Positions 1 to 8,926 of a stretch of 27,458 nucleotides of DNA are shown piece after piece (the first letter of the stretch is position 1; each line of letters starts with the position of its first letter). Below the pieces are notes generated by a model. That model was not told the DNA's origin, made no database searches, and saw only the letters and a list, made by a program, of their open reading frames with translations. The position numbers and the translations under genes are program-made. The DNA is from Candidatus Thorarchaeota archaeon (GTDB taxonomy: Archaea > Asgardarchaeota > Thorarchaeia > Thorarchaeales > Thorarchaeaceae): the NCBI GenBank assembly GCA_046758445.1, contig JBHIAE010000037.1, positions 1-27,458 on the forward strand, in the 5' to 3' direction.

Positions 1-38
1 GGACGGTTCTCAAGAATGATAGTCAGATCAGTTGTCAT
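1..38 (-). CDS. 5' end of a probable ACT-domain protein (runs off the window)
   Basis: Manual translation from ATG at 38 gives MTTDLTIILENR(P), resembling the ACT-domain start 'hhhENRPG'. An AGGAGAGG RBS lies at 44-51 on the minus strand. Only 12 codons are visible. Confidence 0.5.
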   Translation of the reverse strand, partial: MTTDLTIILENR

Positions 39-330
39 GTTTTCCTCTCCTTCTTTCAAAACTCACATCTGAAACCAGAATCTAGAGTTTCCGAATACAT
101 GTGTTGAGTTTGTTTAAGGCAATTTCGATGAAGTGAAAGGATGGGCATTTTGGACATCTGCTGCAAATGTTGGATTCTATGCCAGCTCGGCGGAGTCTAA
201 GTCGTAGTTCTCTCATGAACGAAAAGGCGAAGAAAAGTACTACGAATAAGCCATTTATCTAAACAAACGGCCAATATAGCAAAGAAGGGAACGCGCTCTC
301 TCCTGAGTGTCCACCCGTTTCCTGAAATTC

Positions 331-370
331 ATTGGCCTCAGGAATAGCCCCAGATTCCTCCGGGGCCAAT
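331..370 (-). terminator. Strong hairpin ~40-80 nt downstream of the giant surface gene (possible terminator or 3'UTR structure)
   Basis: Plus strand reads ATTGGCCTC-AGGAAT-[AGCCCCAG]-ATTCCT-CC-GGGGCCAAT: about 15 bp of pairing with one mismatch or wobble and a 2-nt bulge. Confidence 0.45.
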
Positions 371-408
371 TCCAATATGGACTAGGGCGGCCGACGGTAT
401 CCGCTCAA

Positions 409-3400
409 TCAACCCTTGATTCTACTAATCCTCTGCTTGACAACAACTATCACAACGACCGTAGCAAAGCCACCCAACATGATACCGGCCGACAACACCA
501 AAAGCACATTGAACCCGACATAAGTTCCTGTGCCCTCTTCAGAGGGCGGATCGATGTGGAACTGAATCATGTCAACGGCCTGCAGATCATCCAGTGTTGC
601 TGTGCAGTAAACCAAGTATATGCCCTTCTCTAGCCCCAGCTCATGCATGGTCTGCTCAGTAGTGAATATGTAGACACCCGAACCGGACTCCTCCTCGACC
701 AAGGTAACAGTCATGATGAATTGCTCAGAACCACCACCATTGTCATCGTCGTCATTGTCGTCATTGGGTGCAGGACCGTATATGGTTGCTGTGACATTCG
801 CGCCAGACACAGGATTGCCTGTGGCTGCGTCTGTCAAGAGGGCCGCCAGCTGAAGGTGGATTTTCTCCTTCAACAGGAAATCGAAGCTGCCACTCAGTTC
901 AAGATCCAGCACCTCCACAAGGCTCCAAGCCCCGAGGACAGTGACCTTGAAGACACCCCATTGCACATTACCGAGAGTGTCGTTCACCCATACCTTCAGT
1001 CCATAGACACCTTCAGAGAGTGGTGTCACCTCAGTGACAAGACCATAGATATCAACTTGGAAGTGGGCGGTGTCATTCAGCCACCAACTATCAAGACCAG
1101 ATAGGTCTGACGCAACAAGCTGGTAGCTCAGACTTTCGCCGTATTCTAGCGTCTGATCTAGGAGTGAAGCGCCCCACTCAGGCGGCGTCGTGTCAACCAC
1201 AGTCACTGTGATCCTCGCAGAGAGTGTGTTGCCGTAGATGTCCGAAACATGGATGGTCACACCATAGTTCCCTGGTGTCAGCACGCGGACGGTTCTGAGA
1301 CGCCCGGCCCAGTCTATAGCGAAGAGCCCATTCTCAACTGACCAGCGACCTAGTTCAGAAAGATCCGAGGCCTCGAGCTCGTAGAGAAAGTCCTCGCCAA
1401 ACTCGCTTGTTTGATCAGTGGGCACCACAATCCAGCTGGGAGGCGTAGTGTCCTGTACAATGATTCTGAAGGTAGCGCTGGCGTAGTTGTCGTAGGGATC
1501 GATTGCGCGAACCTCTATCCAGTATTCTCCGACCTCGAGACGTGTAGCGTTTACAATGACCCCATTACCGTCGATGAAGAATCTGATGGTGTCATTGATC
1601 CACCATTGGTGTATGCCAGACAGGTCGTATGCAAACAGCTCATAGCTGAAGGTATCGCCAAACTCTACTGTCCTATCTGATGGAGTCTGGATCCAGACAG
1701 GATCAGTGGTATCTACAACCAAGACACGGAACTCAGCGGACCTGTAGTTGCCATAGATGTCATACACACGCACCTCCAGTGAATAGACTCCAACGGCATG
1801 AAATGTGGAGTTCGTGATGACGCCGTCTTCGTCAATCACAAACCCTTCAGTTACGTTGAGCCACCAGTAGTCTACGCCAGAGAGTTCTGTCGCGTCCAGA
1901 TCATATGCGAAACTGGTTCCAAACTCTACTGTCTGTGTGACTGGCATTTCCACCCACGATGGAGGAGTTGTATCTATCACAGTGATAGTGAACTCTCCGC
2001 TCAATACGGCTCCACGCGTGTCATTTACTGACACGTTCAGCCCGTACGATCCCACAGGCACCAATCCAATACTGGTAATGACTCCGTTGCTGTCGATGCT
2101 GAAGTAGGTCGTGTCATTCAGCCACCAAGCATCCAAGTTCCAGAAGTATTGGACCTCAGTTTTGTAGCGGAAAATGTCACCAAACTCCAGTATCTGGTCA
2201 GCAGGAGGAGTCAGCCAGCGGGGCATCATGAGAGGGTGGGGATCCTGGTTGTTGTAGAAGGTGTGAGGAGTATCGCCAAAGCTATCCCCGTCGGCATCTA
2301 TTCCGGTGTAGTCCGAATAGAAGTTATAGTCGAAGGTGTTGTAGCTTCCGCGACTATCGTAGGCATTGGTCGTGCTATTTCCAAATACATTCCAGGTCAC
2401 ACTGTTGCGGTCTGAATAATAGAGATAGATTCCATAATCGCGGTTGTTGATACAGGTGTTGTTGGTCAGAGAACTGTAGTGGCTACGATAGAAGTAGATT
2501 CCGTATCGACTGTTTTCAGTACAGGTGTTGTTTCTTAGGATGTTGTGTGATCCATAGGAAGAAATGATTCCATAATCACGGTTCTGTGAACAGTCATTGT
2601 CTTCAATGACAATACTAGTGCACCGGTACATCCGGATACCGGCGTTAGTATTCCCTGTTAATACATTGTTTCTTGCGACAATGTCCGAGCATGTGGTCAG
2701 TAGAATTCCATAACGGTTCTGTGTGCATGTATTATCTTCTATGACAATGTCCGAGGATACGTACAGGTCAATTCCAGAAGAGTAACTACTTGTACAGTTG
2801 TTCCCGCTGATGAGTATAGAACTGGACCCATAGAGCCGAATGCCGTATTCATTCGAGGCACAAGTGTTGTTGATGAGTTGGCCGTTTGCGACCCCATCCA
2901 AGTAGATTCCTACGTAACTGTCATGCAGCAAACAGTCACGGATGATGAAGTTCACGCTCGTTGCTCGGACATAGATGCAGTAGTAGTATGATCCAGCGCT
3001 GATATCGAGGTACTCTATGCGGTAGGGATCAGTCGGAGTCCCGGAGCCCGGCCATCCCTGGTTCGCAAAGGACGCATCGCCAACCAGATAGATGCGACCG
3101 TGAGGGATGTACATGTCCACCGCCACCACAAAAGCTGCTGTTGCGACATTCCCAAGAGTATCATTTACTGACACCTGAATGTCATAGAGACCCTTGATCA
3201 GCGGCTTCACGTTGGTGATCACACCGTCTTGGTCTATCGTGAAGTTCTCATAGTTGCTCAACCACCAAAGTTCGATTCCTGACGGGTCATACGCATCTAG
3301 GTCGTAGTACAGGTCCTCTCCAAGCTCTAGACGCTGATTCCCTGGTGACAATACCCATTCGGGTGGTAGATTGTCCTGTACCGTGATGCTGAACTCGGCA

Positions 3401-6015
3401 GTTATGACATGTCCAGCTGTGTCATTTGCGTATACCGTTAGACCATAGCTCGAGCCAAAGGGTAGGAATGTGGAATTGGTGATCATTCCGTATTGGTCGA
3501 CCATAAAGTGCGCAGTATCATTGACCCACCACTCGTCGATTCCGGGGTAATAGGCAGTAGCGTCGACATCGTAGGCGAATACATAACCGTAATCAGCTAC
3601 CTGATCAGTGGGATACACCAACCACAACGGAAGTGCGCCAGGCGGCAGCATCATAGGATGGTAGTCCACTGGACGACTTCCATATCCGGGAATCGCATAT
3701 GGAGTGTCTCCGATGCCATTATTGTCTTCATCTGTGGTTCCAGTGTATTGGGAGTAGTAGTTGTGGCTGAAGACGCTACCATAGGTGCGATAGGCAAATG
3801 CGTCCTGAGTGTTGTTGGCAAACACGTTCCACACGACTACGTGTTGACCCTCTGCACTAGAATAGTCGTAGATGTAGATTCCATATCTGTTTCCGATGCA
3901 TGTAGTGTTGGCTATCGTGACGTTAAATGATCCCGTCAAGTAGATACCCCACTCGACATGATTGTTGAAAGTGTTGTTGGCCACCATGCAGTGACTTGAT
4001 CTATACATGTATAGTCCATAGAAGGTGGAGCCTGAGCAATTGTTGTTGATTATCACATTGAAGCTGGAGTATGAGGAGGAGATATAGCCTCCCGTACAGT
4101 CGTTGTCGCTTATTCTATTGTATGAGGCACTGCTAAGACCGATTCCTAGAACAGTATTGTTGCTGATAGTGTAGAAATGCGAGTATGACAAATAGATGGA
4201 CGTTGCACTGTTGTTAGTGACTGTGCCTGAATCAGATCGATAGAATCTCAAACTGCCTCCAATGTCGTTCTGTCTGACTGTGCTAGAACCGGAATAGTGG
4301 AACTCAACGTTCGCAGTGCAGTTGTTACGAACGACACTAACATGACTCGAGTACCTAATCGAGATGCTATAGTACCCTCCGGACACTGTGTTGTTGTATA
4401 TTGTATTATTAGCTGCATAGTAGAAGCGGATTCCATCGTTCGTGCCGGAAGCTAGGAGATTGTGCGAAACAATGTTGAACTGGCTTACATCAGAGAAATA
4501 GAAGCCAATCGTAAAGCCAGTGCAGTTGTTGCTGGTGATGATACTGTGGCTCGTGTTTGAGAAGTGGATTCCGTAAAAGTTGCCGATGAGTGTGTTGTCT
4601 GAGATGACAGCGTTGGACACATTGTGGAGGTATATGGCCGCATGCGGATATGTAGTGGCCCCACCAAGCGTACAATTGCGAATCTCGAAATGAACGCGGG
4701 TATGCGTAATGTAGATGCAGTAACCTCCAGTCCCGTACAAGTTGATGATCTGGTCTTCAATGATGAAGGGATCACCTTCAGTCCCGGTACCAGGCCATCC
4801 CTGCGTTTCAAAGTCTTCGTCAGATTCGATGACTATTGGAGGGTTGGGACAGAATTTCACATCCACGGTGAAACTGGCTTCTAGTATGTTGTTGTAAGTG
4901 TCATTCACAAAGACTCGAATACCGTATAACCCTCCGTAAAGGAAGGTTGCGTTTGTGATTACACCGTCGCCATCGATGGCAAAGTTGACCGTGTCATTGA
5001 TCCACCAGGTATCCAAGCCGGAGAGGTCCTGGGCGTTTAAGTCATATGTGAAATTCCTCCAGGACAATACCCTCCTATTGCTTGGAATGCCAACCCAGCT
5101 TGGAGGAGTTGTATCATGAACAGTCACCGTGAACGTTGACATCTGAGTGAGACCTAGTGTGTCATTGACCCAGACTTTGAGACCGTACTTGCCCACAGGC
5201 AGAAGTACCACATCTGTAATAACACCGTCCACATCAATGGCAAACCTCGCGGTGTCATTGAGCCACCACCTGTCAAGACCTGACAAGTCAGTTGCATTGA
5301 GGTCATAGTAGAAAGAGTCACCAAACTCGACAGTCTGATCAGTGGGCTCTTCTACCCACTCTGGTGGTGCTAGGGCATCGACGTCAATCCTTATTGTCGC
5401 AGTACAATAGTTGTGTGAAGGGTCGTAGGCCCTTATCTCGAGCCAATATACGTCCGGCGTTAAGTATGTAGCGTTTGTGATGAGTCCATTGATGTCGACA
5501 GAGAAGTGCGTGTCATTCACCCAGTAGTGATCAATACCTGCCAAATCGGTCGCGTTCACATCATAGACAAAGGGTATACTTTCCTCAAAGTGGTGATCGC
5601 CAGGGACCTCGTCCCAAGTGGGGCTAGTCGTGTCTTGGACTGTCACTCGAAATGTCGCACTGCAGTAGTTGTCGTATATGTCATAGGCCCTCAGTTCGAG
5701 CCAATAGATACCCACAGTCAGGTCGGTCGCATTTGTGATCAGACCGTCACCATCAATGCTGAACTGAGTATCATTGACCCAATAGTAGTCGATTCCAGAA
5801 ACATCCGAGGCCCCAATATCATAGCTGAATGCATCTCCGAACTCCACGATCTGGTCAACGGGCTGGAAGTCCCAAGTGGGCGGAGTGACATCAATGGAGA
5901 AACTCCAGACAGATGAGAAATCACTCAAATCGCCCTGAGAATCGTTGGCGAGGACCCGCCAGTACCATATGCCCTCCGCCAACGGTGACGAAGGAGTGTA
6001 GGTCGTGGCACCCAC
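409..6015 (-). CDS. C-terminal part of the giant surface protein: 11 Ig/cadherin-like repeats, two right-handed beta-helix (NosD/CASH-like) domains, C-terminal domain and TM anchor
   Basis: Repeated ~86-aa 'DTTPPxW..P.DQ..EFG..F.YDL.A.D.SGID.WW.NDT..F.ID..G.ITN...L..G.Y' units, 'NN.C..N.YGI.L..S' beta-helix repeats, and a hydrophobic C-terminus with a basic tail (KQRISRIKG). Confidence 0.85.
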   Translation of the reverse strand: MGATTYTPSSPLAEGIWYWRVLANDSQGDLSDFSSVWSFSIDVTPPTWDFQPVDQIVEFGDAFSYDIGASDVSGIDYYWVNDTQFSIDGDGLITNATDLTVGIYWLELRAYDIYDNYCSATFRVTVQDTTSPTWDEVPGDHHFEESIPFVYDVNATDLAGIDHYWVNDTHFSVDINGLITNATYLTPDVYWLEIRAYDPSHNYCTATIRIDVDALAPPEWVEEPTDQTVEFGDSFYYDLNATDLSGLDRWWLNDTARFAIDVDGVITDVVLLPVGKYGLKVWVNDTLGLTQMSTFTVTVHDTTPPSWVGIPSNRRVLSWRNFTYDLNAQDLSGLDTWWINDTVNFAIDGDGVITNATFLYGGLYGIRVFVNDTYNNILEASFTVDVKFCPNPPIVIESDEDFETQGWPGTGTEGDPFIIEDQIINLYGTGGYCIYITHTRVHFEIRNCTLGGATTYPHAAIYLHNVSNAVISDNTLIGNFYGIHFSNTSHSIITSNNCTGFTIGFYFSDVSQFNIVSHNLLASGTNDGIRFYYAANNTIYNNTVSGGYYSISIRYSSHVSVVRNNCTANVEFHYSGSSTVRQNDIGGSLRFYRSDSGTVTNNSATSIYLSYSHFYTISNNTVLGIGLSSASYNRISDNDCTGGYISSSYSSFNVIINNNCSGSTFYGLYMYRSSHCMVANNTFNNHVEWGIYLTGSFNVTIANTTCIGNRYGIYIYDYSSAEGQHVVVWNVFANNTQDAFAYRTYGSVFSHNYYSQYTGTTDEDNNGIGDTPYAIPGYGSRPVDYHPMMLPPGALPLWLVYPTDQVADYGYVFAYDVDATAYYPGIDEWWVNDTAHFMVDQYGMITNSTFLPFGSSYGLTVYANDTAGHVITAEFSITVQDNLPPEWVLSPGNQRLELGEDLYYDLDAYDPSGIELWWLSNYENFTIDQDGVITNVKPLIKGLYDIQVSVNDTLGNVATAAFVVAVDMYIPHGRIYLVGDASFANQGWPGSGTPTDPYRIEYLDISAGSYYYCIYVRATSVNFIIRDCLLHDSYVGIYLDGVANGQLINNTCASNEYGIRLYGSSSILISGNNCTSSYSSGIDLYVSSDIVIEDNTCTQNRYGILLTTCSDIVARNNVLTGNTNAGIRMYRCTSIVIEDNDCSQNRDYGIISSYGSHNILRNNTCTENSRYGIYFYRSHYSSLTNNTCINNRDYGIYLYYSDRNSVTWNVFGNSTTNAYDSRGSYNTFDYNFYSDYTGIDADGDSFGDTPHTFYNNQDPHPLMMPRWLTPPADQILEFGDIFRYKTEVQYFWNLDAWWLNDTTYFSIDSNGVITSIGLVPVGSYGLNVSVNDTRGAVLSGEFTITVIDTTPPSWVEMPVTQTVEFGTSFAYDLDATELSGVDYWWLNVTEGFVIDEDGVITNSTFHAVGVYSLEVRVYDIYGNYRSAEFRVLVVDTTDPVWIQTPSDRTVEFGDTFSYELFAYDLSGIHQWWINDTIRFFIDGNGVIVNATRLEVGEYWIEVRAIDPYDNYASATFRIIVQDTTPPSWIVVPTDQTSEFGEDFLYELEASDLSELGRWSVENGLFAIDWAGRLRTVRVLTPGNYGVTIHVSDIYGNTLSARITVTVVDTTPPEWGASLLDQTLEYGESLSYQLVASDLSGLDSWWLNDTAHFQVDIYGLVTEVTPLSEGVYGLKVWVNDTLGNVQWGVFKVTVLGAWSLVEVLDLELSGSFDFLLKEKIHLQLAALLTDAATGNPVSGANVTATIYGPAPNDDNDDDDNGGGSEQFIMTVTLVEEESGSGVYIFTTEQTMHELGLEKGIYLVYCTATLDDLQAVDMIQFHIDPPSEEGTGTYVGFNVLLVLSAGIMLGGFATVVVIVVVKQRISRIKG

Positions 6016-6102
6016 GACCGTGACGTTGACTAGTCCAGAAGAATCAAAGGTCGATACGTTGTCAAGCTGAAGGAGGTACTGGTCCGCACCGTGAATTTCA
6101 GA

Positions 6103-8439
6103 TCATTCGAACGTGGGCGTATTGTCGTTGAGCATTGCCCCGTCAACGGGTGAGTTGAGAGAAGGCGGGTCCAGTTGAGCGTAGTAGGAGAGAGAGAGCA
6201 TGGAGAGTATTGGTGTATTGCTCCAATTCGATGTCTGAAGTTTGGCACGCCACATCAACTGATGGCCAACCTGACCGAAGCTGTGCTCAACACCCGGTGT
6301 CACCGATTCCCAGTGTGTTCCGCCATCTGCTGAGAGGTAGTAGAAGATCCCGGTATCTGAAGGTGTTGCATCTGAGCAAGTCAGTGTGGCCCGCTCGACC
6401 GTGGCGGTTGGCGAGTCAAAGACTGCTAGAGATTGCCCAAGGGCCAGAGACTCATACTGTCGCCATCTGTTATGTCTAATCTCTATGATTTGTAGACCAT
6501 CCCGTATTGCGGCGACGTAAGCATAGTCGCCAGATACGAATACATCCTCATCGTCACCGGGGAATGTACATTGCCAGGCCACCGATGGGTGCAACGGATC
6601 CTCGATGTCGATTATCTGGAGATTACCTATTTGCGTAGTAAGATACGCATAGTTGCCTGAAACGAACACATCAATGGTACCTCCTGGCAAGTCAAGATGG
6701 CTGACCAACGTAGGATGAGCCGGATCAGATATGTTAACCACTGCTAGCCCGTTCATATGGATAGCTACATAGACGAAGTTCCCTTCAACAAATACAGCCA
6801 AGGCGCCGACACTACCAATGCCTCTAGGAACATCACACATCGCTAGTAGAGTCGGCTGTGTCGGATCTGTTACATTGAAGACTTTGAAACTACCCTCTGC
6901 ATCAGCAACGTAGGCATAGTCACCCTCCACATCCACATCGAACACCCTACCTGGAGTGTTGTAACTACCAACTATCCTTGGACTTCTTGGATCTGTGACG
7001 TTGACAACCTGTAGACCCGAGTAACGGTCGGCCATGTAAGCGTAATTGCCCTCAATGTCCAGATTCATAGAGCATTCGGGTGTGTCAACCCCGCCCGCCC
7101 TTGTCAGATGAGTCGGATCAGTGGCGTTGATTATCTGAAGTCCGGAGTTGCCGTTGGCAACGTATATGTAGTCACCAACTACCTTCATACCTTGGGACTC
7201 ACGTGGTGTTCTATATGATCCGAGCATGACAGGGTTGGTAGGATTTGAGATATTCAGAACTCGCACGCCGCTGTGCCATTCATTAGTATAGGCGTAGTCA
7301 CCACTTACGAATATACCACGAGTCATCTCAAGAGTATCAATGTGGCCGACCCACCTCGGAGCGACGGGATCAGATATCCTGATGACCTGCAATCCTGATT
7401 CCCCATCCGCTATATATGCAAAGTTGCCTGCGATTACAACATCTTTCACTGTTCCGTCTGTGTCACAGGCACCCGCCCACTCTGGGTGAAATGGAGAGGT
7501 GACATTCAAAGCTATTAGACCCGCAAGTCCGTTGGCTAGGTAGACGTAGTCGCCTTCGACCGCAACTGTCCAAGCATTGTCAGCCGTGTCATATGCACCG
7601 ACGAAAGTCGGATTCTTGGGGTCCGTAATATTGAGTATTTGCAACCCATGTTCCCCATCTGCAACATAGGCGTGATCGCCAGCAATCCAAACGCCTGAAG
7701 CCTGCTGAGGAATGCCACATGTTCCCGCCAGTACCGGACTTGCCGGATTCGTTACGTCAATTACTGCCAGTCCGGAGGCATTGTCAGCGATATATGCAAA
7801 GTTCCCCTCCACGTAGAGATTCATTGCATTCCCTGGAGTCGTGCAAGCCCCGGCCCACGTCGGTGATGTGGGAATGCTGATATTCACGGCCACCAGTCCT
7901 GTAGGATAGTCAACCAAGTACACGATGTCCCCTGTCACCCATAGATTGACCGCCGAACCGGGAGTGTCAATGGACGCCTCTAAGGTTGGGAGTGTGGGAT
8001 TGCTGATGTTGACTACCTGCAGTCCCGTTGTGCCAGCGGCCACATATGCGAAATCTCCCCAGATTGACACTGCCGAAGCATCACCTGATGTTTCACAGTT
8101 CCCGGCCAGAGTTGGGTGAGCAAGGTCTGTAATGTTGACCACCTGCAGCCCTGCTGATCCATCGGCAACATAGGCGAAGTCCCCCGCTATTGCGACTCCC
8201 ATGGCATCACCACCTGTGTCGTAGCCACCCACTAGTAGAGGATTACTGCGTGGGAGTCTTAACTCCCCTGTTCCCCAGCCTGTGGCATTTGTGACTGCGG
8301 CATCCTCAAAGGTCGTAGTCGTAAAGTCTTCAGTGTAATGAAGAGTTGCCGCTTCTACTGGACTAGGTCCCAGAAGTGCAAGAATCAACAGACCAGCTAG
8401 AAACGCTAGAATCATTCTTTCATGCAGGTTCAGAACCAT
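6103..8439 (-). CDS. N-terminal part of the giant surface protein: signal peptide plus 14 LVIVD repeats (probably two 7-bladed beta-propellers)
   Basis: Signal peptide MILAFLAGLLILALLG...VEA, followed by 14 copies of 'G.YAYVADG..GLQVVNI..P..P..(VG)..DT'. Confidence 0.85.
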   Translation of the reverse strand: MVLNLHERMILAFLAGLLILALLGPSPVEAATLHYTEDFTTTTFEDAAVTNATGWGTGELRLPRSNPLLVGGYDTGGDAMGVAIAGDFAYVADGSAGLQVVNITDLAHPTLAGNCETSGDASAVSIWGDFAYVAAGTTGLQVVNISNPTLPTLEASIDTPGSAVNLWVTGDIVYLVDYPTGLVAVNISIPTSPTWAGACTTPGNAMNLYVEGNFAYIADNASGLAVIDVTNPASPVLAGTCGIPQQASGVWIAGDHAYVADGEHGLQILNITDPKNPTFVGAYDTADNAWTVAVEGDYVYLANGLAGLIALNVTSPFHPEWAGACDTDGTVKDVVIAGNFAYIADGESGLQVIRISDPVAPRWVGHIDTLEMTRGIFVSGDYAYTNEWHSGVRVLNISNPTNPVMLGSYRTPRESQGMKVVGDYIYVANGNSGLQIINATDPTHLTRAGGVDTPECSMNLDIEGNYAYMADRYSGLQVVNVTDPRSPRIVGSYNTPGRVFDVDVEGDYAYVADAEGSFKVFNVTDPTQPTLLAMCDVPRGIGSVGALAVFVEGNFVYVAIHMNGLAVVNISDPAHPTLVSHLDLPGGTIDVFVSGNYAYLTTQIGNLQIIDIEDPLHPSVAWQCTFPGDDEDVFVSGDYAYVAAIRDGLQIIEIRHNRWRQYESLALGQSLAVFDSPTATVERATLTCSDATPSDTGIFYYLSADGGTHWESVTPGVEHSFGQVGHQLMWRAKLQTSNWSNTPILSMLSLSYYAQLDPPSLNSPVDGAMLNDNTPTFE

Positions 8440-8893
8440 CTTCCATTTTCTCCTTGACTGCTAAGGAGAGAACCTAGATACTGGTGCTCTCAGACTACCT
8501 TGTGGAACTCTATTTGCTCTCGCTTCTCTCATTGGCACACCTACCCGTGTATTGGGGCCAAGCAATGATTCTGACCCCTTCAAAGAGGAGCACTTTGACA
8601 AGAACCTTTGATTTCAGGTGTGGACTCTATGGAATCCACGTGAATGCTTCAAGAACACCAAAGTAGTACAAATCGGACTGGAATCTGAAACGATGCTCTC
8701 CCGTATACCACGCAAAATCTGACCACCATGCTTCCGCATGGATTCATTCCTCTCCTCGTGATGTAGGATATGGTTTGCTTGGCTATTGAATGCTTTGCCT
8801 CAGAGTATATCGAAGACATGCATGGTTTTTCGAATTCCGAGTCCAGAAAAGAGAAGATGGTTCCACATGCCTTCCAGCGGTTGTTGCTAAGAA

Positions 8894-8916
8894 AGCTACT
8901 CTTATTGCGAGTAGCT
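8894..8916. promoter_or_regulatory. Perfect 8-bp inverted repeat in the promoter region of the M1 peptidase gene (candidate operator)
   Basis: AGCTACTC-TTATTGC-GAGTAGCT ends 10 nt before the GTG at 8927. The spacer TTAT lies ~25 nt upstream of the start, in an archaeal TATA position. Confidence 0.4.
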
Positions 8917-8926
8917 GGACTCTTGG

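Larger units (their letters stand above)
409..8439 (-). pseudogene. Single giant cell-surface protein gene (~2676 aa) interrupted by one in-frame TGA at 6103-6105
   Basis: The two ORFs share a frame (8439-6015=2424). The gap translates without further stops: ...NDNTPTFE*SEIHGADQYLLQLDNVSTFDSSGLVNVTVVGATTYTPSSPLAEGIWYWRV..., a continuous FN3/Ig-like domain where * sits at the usual Trp. The signal peptide is only on the upstream ORF and the TM anchor only on the downstream ORF. Confidence 0.8.

Noticed and set aside
82-216. 44-codon minus-strand ORF MRELRLRLRRAGIESNICSRCPKCP...
   Set aside because: Short, with no RBS or family resemblance. It probably overlaps the promoter of the downstream ACT-like gene.
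307-5924. Numerous 60-150 aa ORFs antisense or out of frame to the giant surface gene (and likewise within 17480-21670, 23074-25079 and 26541-27242)
   Set aside because: These are shadow ORFs overlapping long, motif-supported genes and have no protein-like features.
6103-6105. Genetic code 4/25 (TGA reassigned) or selenocysteine
   Set aside because: TGA terminates several clearly complete genes (e.g. at 409, 10957, 16006, 25895), and the site corresponds to a structural Trp rather than a catalytic Cys.
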